Positions 28,868-40,127 of a stretch of 64,000 bases of DNA are shown here, in pieces; within the stretch, counting starts at the first letter, position 1, and each line of letters starts with the position of its first letter. The notes under the pieces are model-generated. The model was not told where the DNA came from and made no database searches. It saw only the letters and a list, made by a program, of their open reading frames with translations. Made by a program: the position numbers and the translations under genes. The stretch lies in IMG/VR virus record IMGVR_UViG_2565956726_000008. One strand, given 5' to 3'. The DNA is from a virus (Duplodnaviria > Heunggongvirae > Uroviricota > Caudoviricetes).

Positions 28868-31460
28868 TTGCATATTCCTTAGCCCAGCGGGGCAGTGATA
28901 ATGTCTTAATAGCTGGCCATTCATCGGTATTCAGGCAGTCAGACAGGGTTCGCAGATTGCGGTGATATTCCTGTTGACCTGCCAGTTTTGCTTCTTCGCC
29001 CATCATGAAAATTTCAACCGGATAACGTCCGCATTCAATAGTTGTGCTGGCAACCAGAAAAACGAAAGTTGGCTGCACTCCAAACAGTGCTTCATAACCG
29101 TCACTGTAGAATGCATCCTGAACGTGATAGCGGTAGTCGTAATAAGCGGTTTTGAATCGTTGAATATCCGCCGTAGTTTTCACGTCCATGATCCAGTGAA
29201 ATTCAGGGATAATTTTGTCCGGACGGCACCGACACAAAATTCCTGTTTCAGGATCTTCCCAGTAAATTGATGATTCAGCGTGTCCGGCGCTTTCAACAAG
29301 CCATTGCCCCAGCGGCAAAGCCATAACGCTTTGATACATGAGTTCAATTTTCCGGCCTTCTTCCGCAGTGATAACCGTTTTTCCTGTGCTTGCGCATTCC
29401 ATCAGAAACGCTTTCTCTTCTTCTTTTCCGGCGTTTGTACGGCGGTTAAATTCAGGTGCTACGATAAAGCGGTTACTGAATTCTTCCGGTTCAAGTACCC
29501 GGCAGTGGAAAGCAGTTCCTAAATCGAGCGTTTTTGTCTTTGTGGTGTCCACGGGGGCATTTTTACGCCACAAATATAGTGCCGGAGTATCAGCAATGTC
29601 ATCGAGCTGAGACTTACTGATACCGGGACCCGCGTGGTAATTCTCATTCGAAATTCCGTAATAAATACCTGGCTCTATGTCTTCTACGATTACGGGATCT
29701 GCGACTTCGCCAGTTTCATCACTGCAATCGTGATGCGGATCGCTGCCAGCATTCTCATTGTGCGGATGTTCAGCGCCTTCCATTTCCTCCGGATCATTTT
29801 CCTTAGCTTCAACCTGACTCTCTTCATCGAATGTTTCCTGGTATGTTGCGTCGCCCATCACCGCACCACAGTCAGGGCAGTTATCCCCGCCAGTCTGGCC
29901 GCAGGCATTGCAGGCTATTTCCGGTTCCTGTTGCACTACTGGCTCAGGTTGATTCATATCTGGGCTGGTTTTTTCCGTTTCTGGCTGGTTCTGGTACACA
30001 CAATCGCGAGTCTGGATCCCCTTTACCCATTTCGGATCGTTCGGGTCGCTAATTCCGTCAACAAATTCACCACGTGATGCAGCAAGCAATTTATCGGCAT
30101 CGACAGGATTTTTTGATGGAATGTTTTTCCGGGCTTCATGGAGTTCTGCCCGCAGTTCCTGATATTTCGCATCAACAGAATTTACCTGTGACTGAGCATC
30201 CAGCGGCTGCGTGTCCTGATGATGTTCAGTTGCGTCCGGTTCCATTGTTTCAGCCTCTCCCTGTTCAACTGCCGTTGTTCCAGATGGTTGCGGTTTTTCT
30301 TCATCATCCTGTTTTCCTTCTTCTGTTACTCGCTGCGGCATCGGGGCAGAGGAGCGACTGCAGGCAATATCCACGATTTCCGGATCAGGGTTGGCATGAT
30401 CGGTTTCAGTCAGTACTTTGTTCAGATATTCAGTGACGTGCGCGGGGATGACCTCGATCCCAATTGGTGCTTCTTTTACGGACGCAACCACGATGGCGCG
30501 GGAATAATCCAGCCCGCCAGGCATGGTGATGAATTTGTCGCGGAAAACAGAAAAGGGCGGTTTATTTTCAGCGATAATTTCCTCAATGCGTTTAGCGTGT
30601 GCCGGATGAAGGTTATAGATGTCCAGATCCATTGAACGGGCCAGTACGCCAGTGGCTACGTCGCGCGCCAGTGACGTCAGATCGTGTACGAAACCTTCGC
30701 CGCGATCGGTGAGGTTTCCGCCGCCAGCATTAGCACCGGAAGCCGTGCGAGTGATGTGTGAAACACGATTACCCTTCATCCACTCTTTTGTCAGCAGTCC
30801 TCGATCGGTGTAGTCAGCGTTCAGGTATGCTTCGAAAAAAGCAGTTATCAGTCCCAGGTTTGAATTACCAGGATTAGGGAAAACTTTGTCAGTGTCACGA
30901 ACCAGTTTGTGGAGTTCGCGAATTTCCAGCGGGTCGAGCAGGCTGGTTTTGTGGGAAACAGCCAGGGCAGTAACAGCCGGTAGTTCTTCAGCCCGAGCAA
31001 TGTGTAATGCCTGGAGTCCGTCGCGTGAAACGTGCGTTACCGGTTTTTCGCTGCCGTGTTGAGCAAGCCAACGAATGGGCAGTTCCTGGCCAGAAATTGG
31101 GAGTAGCATATTCTCCTCAATCTCAGTCATGTCTTCGCCGTTGACGTTGGTATTGCCTTGATAATGAGCGTTGTCTGGTGCTGCTCCCGGTTTTAGTTCC
31201 CATGTCATGGAGTCTTTGCTGAGTTGATAGCGTTCACTCCAGGTAAAATCGATCTCACCTTCAGCGGGCAGGTCATTAACGACAGGAAAATTCGTGGCAA
31301 CAGCTTTAAAATAGCTGCTCAGTTTTTTACCTGACTTAACGATCAGGTAGTCCAGAGTGGCACAGGTCGATTCAAAATCGTTGCTTGCCCACAGGACGAC
31401 GTCAGGTTCACCGGATGATTTTTTCGCTTTCCGTAACAGGAAGAGTGGTTTTGTGCTCAT
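28860..31460 (-). CDS. recE: exonuclease VIII RecE
   Basis: 866 aa; acidic linker; C-terminal nuclease domain; same length as K-12 RecE. Confidence 0.9.
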   Translation of the reverse strand: MSTKPLFLLRKAKKSSGEPDVVLWASNDFESTCATLDYLIVKSGKKLSSYFKAVATNFPVVNDLPAEGEIDFTWSERYQLSKDSMTWELKPGAAPDNAHYQGNTNVNGEDMTEIEENMLLPISGQELPIRWLAQHGSEKPVTHVSRDGLQALHIARAEELPAVTALAVSHKTSLLDPLEIRELHKLVRDTDKVFPNPGNSNLGLITAFFEAYLNADYTDRGLLTKEWMKGNRVSHITRTASGANAGGGNLTDRGEGFVHDLTSLARDVATGVLARSMDLDIYNLHPAHAKRIEEIIAENKPPFSVFRDKFITMPGGLDYSRAIVVASVKEAPIGIEVIPAHVTEYLNKVLTETDHANPDPEIVDIACSRSSAPMPQRVTEEGKQDDEEKPQPSGTTAVEQGEAETMEPDATEHHQDTQPLDAQSQVNSVDAKYQELRAELHEARKNIPSKNPVDADKLLAASRGEFVDGISDPNDPKWVKGIQTRDCVYQNQPETEKTSPDMNQPEPVVQQEPEIACNACGQTGGDNCPDCGAVMGDATYQETFDEESQVEAKENDPEEMEGAEHPHNENAGSDPHHDCSDETGEVADPVIVEDIEPGIYYGISNENYHAGPGISKSQLDDIADTPALYLWRKNAPVDTTKTKTLDLGTAFHCRVLEPEEFSNRFIVAPEFNRRTNAGKEEEKAFLMECASTGKTVITAEEGRKIELMYQSVMALPLGQWLVESAGHAESSIYWEDPETGILCRCRPDKIIPEFHWIMDVKTTADIQRFKTAYYDYRYHVQDAFYSDGYEALFGVQPTFVFLVASTTIECGRYPVEIFMMGEEAKLAGQQEYHRNLRTLSDCLNTDEWPAIKTLSLPRWAKEYAND

Positions 31461-31561
31461 TGTTTTTTAACCTCAACTCAGATTAAAATTCGTTTTGTTC
31501 AGTGAATGATCTTGCCGGATACACACTGTTCATAGCCTGCGCCATACGCAGGCTATTTCTT

Positions 31562-31837
31562 TCAGATTTCACCTTTTAATTTCATTGCAATTAGAGTTGC
31601 CAGAAATTCGGCTTTTTTTTCTGCGGGCAGATTCTTTCCGATATGCACCAGGCACATTTTTTTGACACCTTCATCAAGTGTTTTTACGTTGCCTGATGGA
31701 CCATCGATATCAACCACAGTGAATGGGGTTTCTTTATTTTCTGTTTTAATTACGTAGCCAATGCGCTTTCCTTCCAGATTCACCTCGTGAACAATGTCAT
31801 CGGTAGTTACAACAGTGGCTTCATAATTGGTAATCAT
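31562..31837 (-). CDS. racC: Rac protein RacC
   Basis: 91 aa from MITNYEATVV; position upstream of recE. Confidence 0.7.
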   Translation of the reverse strand: MITNYEATVVTTDDIVHEVNLEGKRIGYVIKTENKETPFTVVDIDGPSGNVKTLDEGVKKMCLVHIGKNLPAEKKAEFLATLIAMKLKGEI

Positions 31838-31911
31838 GTTTTTCTCCTTAATTAAGGTTGAGCGAATACCTGCCATTTCTGGCATAAATTCAGTTTCGAA
31901 TAGTCAATTAA

Positions 31912-32088
31912 TTAAAGTTCATGTGCCATCTGGTCTTTTTCGGCACAAGCTTCACTGCAATATTTTCTCGGTTCGTCTTTTGATAAAATCCCGTGCATGA
32001 AGTGAAGCATTCTTTCAATAGCTTTGCTTTCTTCAACGTCTTTTTTGCAAAGGTGGTAAGCACATTTTATTTTCTTAGTCATCACCAT
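31912..32088 (-). CDS. ydaE: small zinc-ribbon protein YdaE-like (coordinates approximate)
   Basis: About 58-aa minus-strand ORF ([14 protein letters not shown]...CSEAC...) between racC and kilR; below track size cut-off. Confidence 0.45.
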   Translation of the reverse strand: MVMTKKIKCAYHLCKKDVEESKAIERMLHFMHGILSKDEPRKYCSEACAEKDQMAHEL

Positions 32089-32303
32089 GACTCCGCCTTT
32101 ACAGGTAAACCATCACAACCGAGGAAGACTTTAATCATGCGGTCAGTAATGCATGTTTTTGTGGTCAGGTTACGAATATATAGTTTTCGCTTTTTAATAT
32201 TGTTTGCCGAGGCAATATATGTCCGGCCTTCATGAAGAACATAATCGCCAGGAGTCACACACTGACGTGGTATTTCATCAGTTCCGAAGTGATGTGCAAT
32301 CAT
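32082..32303 (-). CDS. kilR: FtsZ-inhibiting killing protein KilR
   Basis: 73 aa from [15 protein letters not shown]; matches KilR as recalled. Confidence 0.8.
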   Translation of the reverse strand: MIAHHFGTDEIPRQCVTPGDYVLHEGRTYIASANNIKKRKLYIRNLTTKTCITDRMIKVFLGCDGLPVKAESW

Positions 32304-32744
32304 AATTATCTCCATTTTTACAAATGAATTTTGTTGATGCGGTGCCTGGTGCCTCCAGGTGACTGCAACCAGTTAACAATTACAGTCGGCTTTCCCACCC
32401 AAACCAATAAGGACTAACATGACTTTTAACTGTGCCACGTGCGCTTAGCCGCATTCACCGCATCACAAAATTCACTTTAAAAAGGGCGGACATCAGCCGA
32501 ACTTCAAGAAAAAAACTGATGCCGCCAGGACTACACACAGCAATGTCGTTATTTACAACCGGAGGCGCACTCCCACCATTTAAATTTAACAGACAAGACC
32601 GACTCTTTATGGATATCGGAAATGCGCCTTCGTGTTGTGCCCGGTTTTATTTCACCACCTCCGGGCTTCGGTGGTCTCGGCTATACCCCTACAGCGAGAG
32701 CTTGTGTTAACATTTCAATACCCTTACAGTTGAGAGTTATTGAT

Positions 32745-33233
32745 ATGTTGGATGTATTTACTCCATTGTTGAAACTTTTTGCTAACGAGCCACTCGAAAG
32801 ACTTATGTATACGATTATCATTTTTGGTCTCACTCTCTGGCTGATACCGAAAGAGTTTGCTGTCGCATTCAATGCTTATACTGAAATACCCTGGCTCTTT
32901 CAGATTATCGTTTTTGCCTTTTCTTTCGTGGTCGCTATTTCCTTCTCAAGATTGCGAGCACATATTCAAAAGCATTATTCATTGCTACCAGAGCAACGAG
33001 TATTGCTTCGTTTATCTGAGAAAGAAATCGCTGTATTTAAAGATTTCCTTAAAACAGGAAATCTTATTATCACTTCTCCTTGCCGTAACCCGGTTATGAA
33101 AAAATTAGAACGGAAGGGCATCATTCAACATCAGAGTGATAGCGCAAACTGTTCTTATTATCTCGTCACCGAAAAATACTCCCACTTTATGAAGTTATTC
33201 TGGAACAGCAGGAGCAGGCGTTTTAATCGTTAG
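32745..33233 (+). CDS. sieB: superinfection exclusion protein B
   Basis: 162 aa from MLDVFTPLLKLF with two TM segments; track ORF extends upstream from a non-ATG start. Confidence 0.8.
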   Translation: MLDVFTPLLKLFANEPLERLMYTIIIFGLTLWLIPKEFAVAFNAYTEIPWLFQIIVFAFSFVVAISFSRLRAHIQKHYSLLPEQRVLLRLSEKEIAVFKDFLKTGNLIITSPCRNPVMKKLERKGIIQHQSDSANCSYYLVTEKYSHFMKLFWNSRSRRFNR

Positions 33234-33234
33234 C

Positions 33235-33387
33235 TTACTGTGTGCTTCTCCAACCATCGTCGTGCGCCAGCTTCGGTTTTAAACGTTTTGCTTTTGGTAT
33301 ACGTCATGGCAGTGAACGTTCCATCCTGGTTGGGGAACACGCCGCACACCAGGGATTCGTTATTGCCGAGGTCGATTTTTTGCATTT
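33235..33387 (-). CDS. small protein YdaG-like (approximate, uncertain reading)
   Basis: Minus-strand ORF beginning MQKIDLGN between sieB and racR; I could not read this stretch consistently. Confidence 0.25.
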
Positions 33388-33395
33388 TTCGCACC

Positions 33396-33578
33396 TCACA
33401 TCTTGTTGTTGCGGATAGAGGCTTCTGCCTGCCAGAGATCCCAGTCGTTGCTGCGTAGAGCCTGTACAGCCTGGCTGTAAGTGATATCGCAACAATCCAT
33501 CAAATACTGAACTACTTCGTAATGCACCATCTTATCTCTCCCCTTAACGCCGGGTGGCGGAACTGAAACCTGCTGCAC
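33396..33578 (-). CDS. small protein YdaF-like
   Basis: 60-aa track ORF (likely shorter from MVHYEVVQYL) in the sieB-racR interval. Confidence 0.35.
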   Translation of the reverse strand: MQQVSVPPPGVKGRDKMVHYEVVQYLMDCCDITYSQAVQALRSNDWDLWQAEASIRNNKM

Positions 33579-33820
33579 TGCAAAATCTGAACCCTGCCGT
33601 CATGTTCATACGCCTCGGGCTGGCTACTTAACCCCTGACCACTGCCTGGTAACTCGAAGTATTGCCCTGCGTTCTGTGGGGCGGGGTGGGTTGGTAGGTA
33701 TATGATGTACTTTGTGTTCATTGATGTAAAGTACTTTAAGTACATTTTGTGTGTAAAAAAATGAGATGGGATAAAGTGAAGCACAAACCCGGAGGGGGGA
33801 GCTACCGGATTTATGCTGGT

Positions 33821-34240
33821 TTAAGAGGCTTTTTGTTTTTTCTTTCGTGCTAACTCTTCGTAAATTGCATTGTACTTCTGTTTTTTCTCCTCAAGAGTTT
33901 TTAAAAGTTCATCTGTCTCACTGTCAGGGAGCTCGTCCAGAAGGTCAATGATGATTTTTTGTCTTGGATTTAACTCCTGATAGAAACGTACCTGTCCACT
34001 TTCTTCTGTATCCTCTCCCAAAAGATAGGTTGGTGTTGTTCCAATGAGTGTTGCTAATTCCCTTAATTTCTCTCGGCGAGGAATTGTTTCGCCATTAAAC
34101 CATTTGCTAACCGCTTTTGGTGTTAATTTCATTCGACGGGCAATTTCTGCCTGCCTTCCATGTTGTTCATAACCAGCGTTTTCACAGGCTAGCGCAAGCC
34201 TACTGGCGAACTCTTTACGCGCTTTATCTTCATGAACCAT
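33821..34240 (-). CDS. racR: Rac prophage repressor RacR
   Basis: 139 aa with N-terminal HTH; divergent from ydaS. Confidence 0.8.
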   Translation of the reverse strand: MVHEDKARKEFASRLALACENAGYEQHGRQAEIARRMKLTPKAVSKWFNGETIPRREKLRELATLIGTTPTYLLGEDTEESGQVRFYQELNPRQKIIIDLLDELPDSETDELLKTLEEKKQKYNAIYEELARKKKQKAS

Positions 34241-34319
34241 AAGTTCAATGATATTCGCTCTTGAATGTACTGTCAGTTCTGTTATAGCATGTACTCAAAG
34301 TTCACATTGTGAGGGTGAT

Positions 34320-34574
34320 ATGAACCAGAAAACACTTGAAGATGTAATCAAAACTGTTCGCGTTTCTGTTGTGGCCGACGTTTGTGGTGTCAGCCAAAGA
34401 GCAATCTACAAATGGATGGATAACGGAAAATTGCCTCGCACAGAATATACCGGCGAAACAAATTACGCTGAAAAAATCGCTCATGCATCAAACGGATTAT
34501 TTTCTGCCGATGTAATTTTAACTATTGGCAGAAATAAAACTACTACGAAAAAGCTGATGGGAGTTGATTCATGA
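34320..34574 (+). CDS. ydaS: Cro-like HTH protein YdaS (toxic when derepressed)
   Basis: 84 aa from MNQKTLED with GAGGG RBS; HTH GVSQRAIYKW. Confidence 0.75.
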   Translation: MNQKTLEDVIKTVRVSVVADVCGVSQRAIYKWMDNGKLPRTEYTGETNYAEKIAHASNGLFSADVILTIGRNKTTTKKLMGVDS

Positions 34575-34993
34575 AAATCAAGCATGAGCACATCGAGTCA
34601 GTGTTGTTAGCCCTGGCAGCCGAAAAAGGGCAGGCATGGGTAGCCAATGCCATTACTGAAGAATATCTGCGCCAGGGGGGCGGCGAATTGCCCCTGGTAC
34701 CAGGCAAGGACTGGAATAATCAGCAGAACATCTATCACCGTTGGTTAAAAGGTGAAACGGAAGCGCAAAGGGAAAAAATTCAGAAACTGATCCCTGCAAT
34801 TCTGGCAATCCTTCCGCGCGAGCTGCGTCACCGACTCTGCATCTTCGATACCCTGGAACGCCGTGCATTACTGGCGGCGCAGGAAGCGTTAAGTACGGCA
34901 ATTGATGCGCATGATGATGCAGTCCAGGCCGTTTACCGGAAAGCGCATTTCAGCGGCGGCGGGTCTTCCGACGATTCTGTCATTGTTCATTAA
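34571..34993 (+). CDS. ydaT: YdaT toxin-like protein
   Basis: 140 aa; start overlaps ydaS stop. Confidence 0.75.
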   Translation: MKIKHEHIESVLLALAAEKGQAWVANAITEEYLRQGGGELPLVPGKDWNNQQNIYHRWLKGETEAQREKIQKLIPAILAILPRELRHRLCIFDTLERRALLAAQEALSTAIDAHDDAVQAVYRKAHFSGGGSSDDSVIVH

Positions 34994-35056
34994 GCAAAAG
35001 TTTCCATGCTGTTTGTGCTTATTCTAAGCAACCGGGCAGCATCATACGGGGCAATT

Positions 35057-35863
35057 ATGGCCGCATTACCATACATGCAACTGTACATAGCTGATTACCT
35101 GGCTGACACCATGCATTTGTCAGCAGAGGAGCATGGTGCGTATTTGTTGCTGATGTTCAATTACTGGCAAACAGGAAAGCCAATACCTAAAAACAGGCTG
35201 GCAAAAATTGCCCGTCTGACTAACGAGCGATGGGCTGATGTTGAACCATCCTTGCAGGAGTTTTTTTGCGATAACGGCGAGGAATGGGTGCATCTTCGGA
35301 TTGAGGAAGATCTGGCATCAGTCAGGGAAAAATTAACCAAAAAATCAGCCGCAGGAAAAGCATCTGTTCAGGCCAGAAGAAGCAGAAAGGAAGCAGATGT
35401 TCAAACAAAACAAGAGAGAAATTTAACAGGTGTTCAAACAGATGTTGAAGTGGTGTTTGAACATGATGTCAACACAAAGGCAACTAATAAAGATACAGAT
35501 AAAGATCTAAAAACAGATCCCCCCCTAAATCCCCCCCGGGGGAATCGAGGTGTCAAAAAGTTTGACCCTCTGGATATTGCTTTGCCGAACTGGATTTCTG
35601 TCTCGCTTTGGCGTGAGTGGGTTGAATTTCGCCAGGCATTGCGAAAACCGATTCGAACGGAGCAGGGCGCTAACGGGGCGATACGGGAGCTGGAAAAATT
35701 CCGCCAGCAGGGTTTTTCACCTGAGCAGGTGATTCGACACAGCATCGCCAATGAATACCAGGGCTTGTTCGCGCCGAAAGGTGTTCGACCTGAGACGTTA
35801 CTCCGACAGGTTAACACCGTCTCGTTACCGGATAGTGCGATCCCGCCAGGCTTCAGGGGGTAA
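35057..35863 (+). CDS. ydaU: replication initiation protein YdaU (DUF1376-type)
   Basis: Starts MAALPYMQLYIADYLADT; directly upstream of the DnaC-like gene. Confidence 0.7.
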   Translation: MAALPYMQLYIADYLADTMHLSAEEHGAYLLLMFNYWQTGKPIPKNRLAKIARLTNERWADVEPSLQEFFCDNGEEWVHLRIEEDLASVREKLTKKSAAGKASVQARRSRKEADVQTKQERNLTGVQTDVEVVFEHDVNTKATNKDTDKDLKTDPPLNPPRGNRGVKKFDPLDIALPNWISVSLWREWVEFRQALRKPIRTEQGANGAIRELEKFRQQGFSPEQVIRHSIANEYQGLFAPKGVRPETLLRQVNTVSLPDSAIPPGFRG

Positions 35864-35869
35864 CTGACC

Positions 35870-36616
35870 ATGAAAAATATTGCGACAGGCGATGTTCTTG
35901 AACGTATCCGCAGACTGGCCCCGTCACATGTAACCGCGCCATTCAAGACGGTAGCGGAGTGGCGCGAGTGGCAACTTTCCGAAGGCCAGAAACGTTGTGA
36001 GGAGATCAACCGTCAGAATCGTCAGTTGCGGGTGGAAAAAATTCTGAATCGCTCTGGCATCCAGCCATTGCACCGCAAATGCTCGTTTTCGAATTACCAG
36101 GTGCAGAACGAAGGGCAGCGATACGCGTTGAGTCAGGCGAAATCCATCGCTGATGAACTGATGACCGGGTGTACAAATTTTGCGTTCAGCGGAAAACCTG
36201 GTACCGGGAAGAACCACTTAGCGGCAGCTATCGGGAATCGCCTGCTGAAAGACGGTCAGACAGTGATTGTGGTTACCGTGGCTGATGTTATGAGTGCCCT
36301 GCACGCCAGCTATGACGATGGGCAGTCAGGCGAAAAATTTTTGCGGGAACTGTGCGAAGTGGATCTGCTGGTTCTTGATGAAATTGGCATTCAGCGCGAG
36401 ACGAAAAACGAGCAGGTGGTACTGCACCAGATTGTTGATCGCCGGACAGCGTCGATGCGCAGCGTGGGGATGCTGACAAACCTGAACTATGAGGCCATGA
36501 AAACATTGCTCGGCGAGCGGATTATGGATCGCATGACCATGAACGGCGGGCGATGGGTGAATTTTAACTGGGAGAGCTGGCGTCCGAATGTCGTCCAGCC
36601 AGGAATTGCGAAGTAA
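35870..36616 (+). CDS. ydaV: DnaC/IstB-like replicative helicase loader
   Basis: 248 aa; Walker [11 protein letters not shown] and Walker B LLVLDEIG. Confidence 0.8.
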
Positions 36617-36638
36617 TTTTTACCGGGAGAAAAATTTA

Positions 36639-37400
36639 ATGGAGACTGTTTTTGACGCACTGAAAGCAATGGGAAAAGCCACATCCATAGAACTTGCTGC
36701 GCGACTTGATATCAGTCGTGAAGAAGTGCTGAACGAACTATGGGAACTGAAAAAGGCTGGTTTTGTTGATAAAAGCGCGTACACCTGGCGTGTGGCTGAT
36801 AACAACGTTCAGCAGGAACAGCCAGCGCAGGCAGAACTGCCGGAAGAAATCACCACAGCAACAGTAGCGAAAATCTCAGAGTGCGATTTAACCGCGACGA
36901 TTGAACAACGAGGACCACAAACGGCTGATGAGCTGGCTACATTGTTTGGTACCACATCACGCAAAGTGGCTTCAACGCTGGCAATGGCAATCAGCAAAGG
37001 TCGTCTGATTCGCGTAAATCAGGGCGGTAAATTTCGTTACTGCATACCGGGCGATAATTTACCAGCAGAGCCGAAAGCAGCATCGGTAGCGGAAACTGAT
37101 GGTAAGGCCTTTCCTCAGACCGCAGGTGTTGCGTTACCAGTACAGGAGGCTGCAACACAGGAAGATATTAAAACAGAAACTGTGGCGGACATTGTGCAGT
37201 CGCTGCCATCGTTTACTGAAACGCGAGCGGATGACCTGGTTTTACCATCACTGCATATGGCAAACCGCGAACTGCGTCGGGCGAAAAATCATGTCCAGAA
37301 GTGGGAGCGTGTCTGCGCCGCGCTGCGTGAGTTGAACAAGCACAGGGATATTGTACGACAGATTACTGATTCTTCCCGCCATGTTGCATCGGAAAAGTGA
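36639..37400 (+). CDS. hypothetical protein with winged-helix-like motifs (YdaW region)
   Basis: 253 aa from METVFDALK. Confidence 0.45.
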
Positions 37401-37415
37401 TTGCCGGAGGCACCT

Positions 37416-37838
37416 ATGGCAAAAGTATTTACACCAGAAGAGCGAGAAAAAATTAAAGGACAGGTTGTTGAACTTGTACCTCTGAGCGGTCGCGAGACGT
37501 TACGGCAACTGGAAGCCAAGACAGGTGAGACAAGATATCTGATGAGTGTTCTCGCCAGTGAGCTGGTTGCCAGTGGCGATGTATACAACTCTGGTTACGG
37601 GTTATTCCCGTCTGAACAGGCGCGTAAAGACTGGCAAAACGCCCGCAAAAAACTATCGAGGGCAAAGGTGAAGAAACCTGCTGTAGTTGATCCGGACCTT
37701 ATCTGGTCATTACCAGACGGAGAAATACGCCGCTATGACAGGCGTCTGAATATAATCTGTCGCGAGTGCCGGAAGAGCGAAGTCATGCAGCGTGTACTGG
37801 CGTTCTATCAGGGTAATTTTCAGGATGTGCTGTTGTGA
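37416..37838 (+). CDS. hypothetical protein (nin-region)
   Basis: 140 aa from MAKVFTPEE; C-terminal CxxC. Confidence 0.4.
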   Translation: MAKVFTPEEREKIKGQVVELVPLSGRETLRQLEAKTGETRYLMSVLASELVASGDVYNSGYGLFPSEQARKDWQNARKKLSRAKVKKPAVVDPDLIWSLPDGEIRRYDRRLNIICRECRKSEVMQRVLAFYQGNFQDVLL

Positions 37839-37999
37839 GCCAAATTAACAATCAGGGAACTGCGTGAACTGAAAGAGAAATCATAATCCAAATCTGAATA
37901 ATTAAATTTAGCACTGTAAATAAAATTTAATCCTTAACCGGAGGGGGGGGCTGCACCCTCAAAATATTAGGAGGCGGCCCGAAAGGGCGGTAATGAAAA

Positions 38000-38503
38000 A
38001 TGACTGAATTAACCAAAAAGCAATTAATCGAAGAAGCTAAATTAAAAATAGCGATTGAGAAATGCCACCCCAATTCAGGGATGGCACGGGTAGAGGGCGA
38101 ATTATTCAAAATTGCTCTGGCATCGCTGGAAGCAGAGCCAGTTGGTGATTTTTATGAATACAAACCGGATGACTGGTATCAGCGTTCGGCTGGAGATAAA
38201 GCGCCAAAATGGACGCCACCCTATGCCGTTTTTCCAGCGCCCGTAGTGCCGGAAGAAATGGATTTGCTTACATGCCATCTCGATGGTGTAACTGAAACAT
38301 ATGCTGAGGGATGGAACGCTTGCCGCGCTGCCCTGCTTCAGGGCAAAGGGGAGCCCGGGAAACAAGTTCGCGAATTGACAATGCTGGTTAAACAATTGGT
38401 TAGTCAACTGAAGAAACCGAAACCGGGCTGCAAATTGCCGGATAAAGTGATGGACTACCTGGAGCGAAGCGGACTTATAAGCGTGGAGGATGTTTTACGA
38501 TGA
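38000..38503 (+). CDS. hypothetical protein (nin-region)
   Basis: 167-aa ORF with GGAGG RBS. Confidence 0.4.
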   Translation: MTELTKKQLIEEAKLKIAIEKCHPNSGMARVEGELFKIALASLEAEPVGDFYEYKPDDWYQRSAGDKAPKWTPPYAVFPAPVVPEEMDLLTCHLDGVTETYAEGWNACRAALLQGKGEPGKQVRELTMLVKQLVSQLKKPKPGCKLPDKVMDYLERSGLISVEDVLR

Positions 38504-38583
38504 CCTGGCCTGAAGCATTCACAACGGTAGGAATTGCGATGGCGGTGGCGCTGGTGGTGTATTCGATTTGCCGCTGGGGTTGA
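38500..38583 (+). CDS. 27-aa hydrophobic peptide overlapping upstream stop
   Basis: MTWPEAFTTVGIAMAVALVVYSICRWG; ATGA overlap; single TM helix. Confidence 0.3.
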   Translation: MTWPEAFTTVGIAMAVALVVYSICRWG

Positions 38584-38623
38584 TAATACTAAATAACCAG
38601 CCCTTATGGGGCTGGCTAATCAT

Positions 38624-39397
38624 TTAGAACTGTTCATTGCCATCGAGGTTAGGTAGCATAATTTTTTCAATCAAGGCGAGAGCCTTTTTGTCCCGGTCAG
38701 CGAAGTATTTCGGGGCATATTGCGGCAACCAAATATTGTTAAAATGTTCTTTGAAATCTGCTAAATATTCATTTGGGTACAGCCTTGCAGGGTATACGCG
38801 ACCATCGGGATATTCATGGTCATAGGTAGGGAATGTTTTGGGTTCTACGTTTCTATTATCTCTTAACCATTGTGAAAATACTCTTCCTTGTGAAATGTCA
38901 GGAACCATTTTTTCTGGGAGTGTGTACCCTGCTTGTTCAAGAGGTGCAACCAAGTTGAATGTCAGTTCATTAAGAATAGAAAAGTGCGTGTGAGGAATTC
39001 TACTACGATTAACCATGTACCGTTTTAAATGTACAGGCATTTCTGCTGTAGTTCTTTCCCCTGACATCCATTCACGAACCCATCTTGAAACCTGGACTGC
39101 AAATTTGGGCGATAGCCACTGCGCTAGATTAATAGCGATGTCAGGATGCACCCATGTCCCTTGGTTTTCAGGTCTTCCACCTTTAAATGATTGAATTAAC
39201 TCCGATATGGGAATTCCCATATCGCGTGATAATTCGTCAAAAAACTCTTGAGTAGTTTTGAGTCTAGTGTAATCAGAGAGCAGTTTGCCCGCAGTTCTAC
39301 ACATTGATGTGGCGTTTATGTAACCATCTTTGGCACGTAAATGTATTATTTCGCCGTCAATTTCACGAGAAATCAAAGATAATTGAAAGGATGTCAT
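38624..39397 (-). CDS. KilA-N domain protein (antirepressor-like)
   Basis: 257 aa; N-terminal KilA-N-like region (GEIIHLRAKDGYINATSMCR). Confidence 0.55.
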   Translation of the reverse strand: MTSFQLSLISREIDGEIIHLRAKDGYINATSMCRTAGKLLSDYTRLKTTQEFFDELSRDMGIPISELIQSFKGGRPENQGTWVHPDIAINLAQWLSPKFAVQVSRWVREWMSGERTTAEMPVHLKRYMVNRSRIPHTHFSILNELTFNLVAPLEQAGYTLPEKMVPDISQGRVFSQWLRDNRNVEPKTFPTYDHEYPDGRVYPARLYPNEYLADFKEHFNNIWLPQYAPKYFADRDKKALALIEKIMLPNLDGNEQF

Positions 39398-39919
39398 TGA
39401 AAATTCCTCAAGTTGGAGAGTTCTGGAACATTAAGGCGAGGTGGCAGTAATGCACCATCTGTAATCTTTTGATACTGACGTAATCGGGCCTGATGTGCAA
39501 CGCCTTGCAAGTATGTAACTCATTGAAAACGATCATTTTTATCTATTGACATCAAATGGCAAACTGTCATTGTGCGGCTATGGCAAGTGGCAAATGCTTA
39601 TAAATCATATGGATATAAATAGTACAGAAAGAGTTGTTTTCTCTAGGATATGAGTATACGCCCAATGCTGATTGGTTGAATTTTGTTCTTGTTTTAAAGG
39701 GTAAGAGTTTAAAGTGTTGGCAGTGATGTATTGGATAGTTAGAATTGCTGTGGGTGCTTGAGGCTATCTGCCTCGGGCATGAACACCAAAGGTAGATAGA
39801 GAAAAGCCCCAGTTAACATTACGCGTCCTGCAAGACGTTTAACATTAATCTGAGGCCATATCTATGCGACACATAGAGATTAGCCTCTTACGGACCGAAA
39901 GGTCAAGGAGAAGCAGGCT

Positions 39920-40045
39920 ATGAAGCAGCAAAAGGCGATGTTAATCGCCCTGATCGTCATCTGTTTAACCGTCATAGTGACGGCACTGGTAACGAGGAAA
40001 GACCTCTGCGAGGTACGAATCCGAACTGGCAGACGGAGGCTCTGA
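39920..40045 (+). pseudogene. hok/gef-family type I toxin remnant (frameshift and nonsense)
   Basis: Translation MKQQKAMLIALIVICLTVIVTALVTRKDLCEVRIRTG then out-of-frame RRRL-stop; 3' end still shows ...TAC TAA TCT GAG TAA as in hok ...YESE. Confidence 0.5.
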
Positions 40046-40127
40046 TTCGTAGACTACTAATCTGAGTAAAAGACCCAGCGGGGAAAGAACCACGCCGGGA
40101 CTAGTTAATAAGATATTTATAGCGTGG

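Noticed and set aside
29634-30635. Several plus-strand ORFs (147, 120, 138 aa)
   Set aside because: All antisense within recE; low-complexity translations typical of shadow ORFs.
33512-33784. 90-aa minus-strand ORF in the Rac immunity region
   Set aside because: Low-complexity translation overlapping the racR promoter-proximal region; more likely non-coding regulatory DNA.
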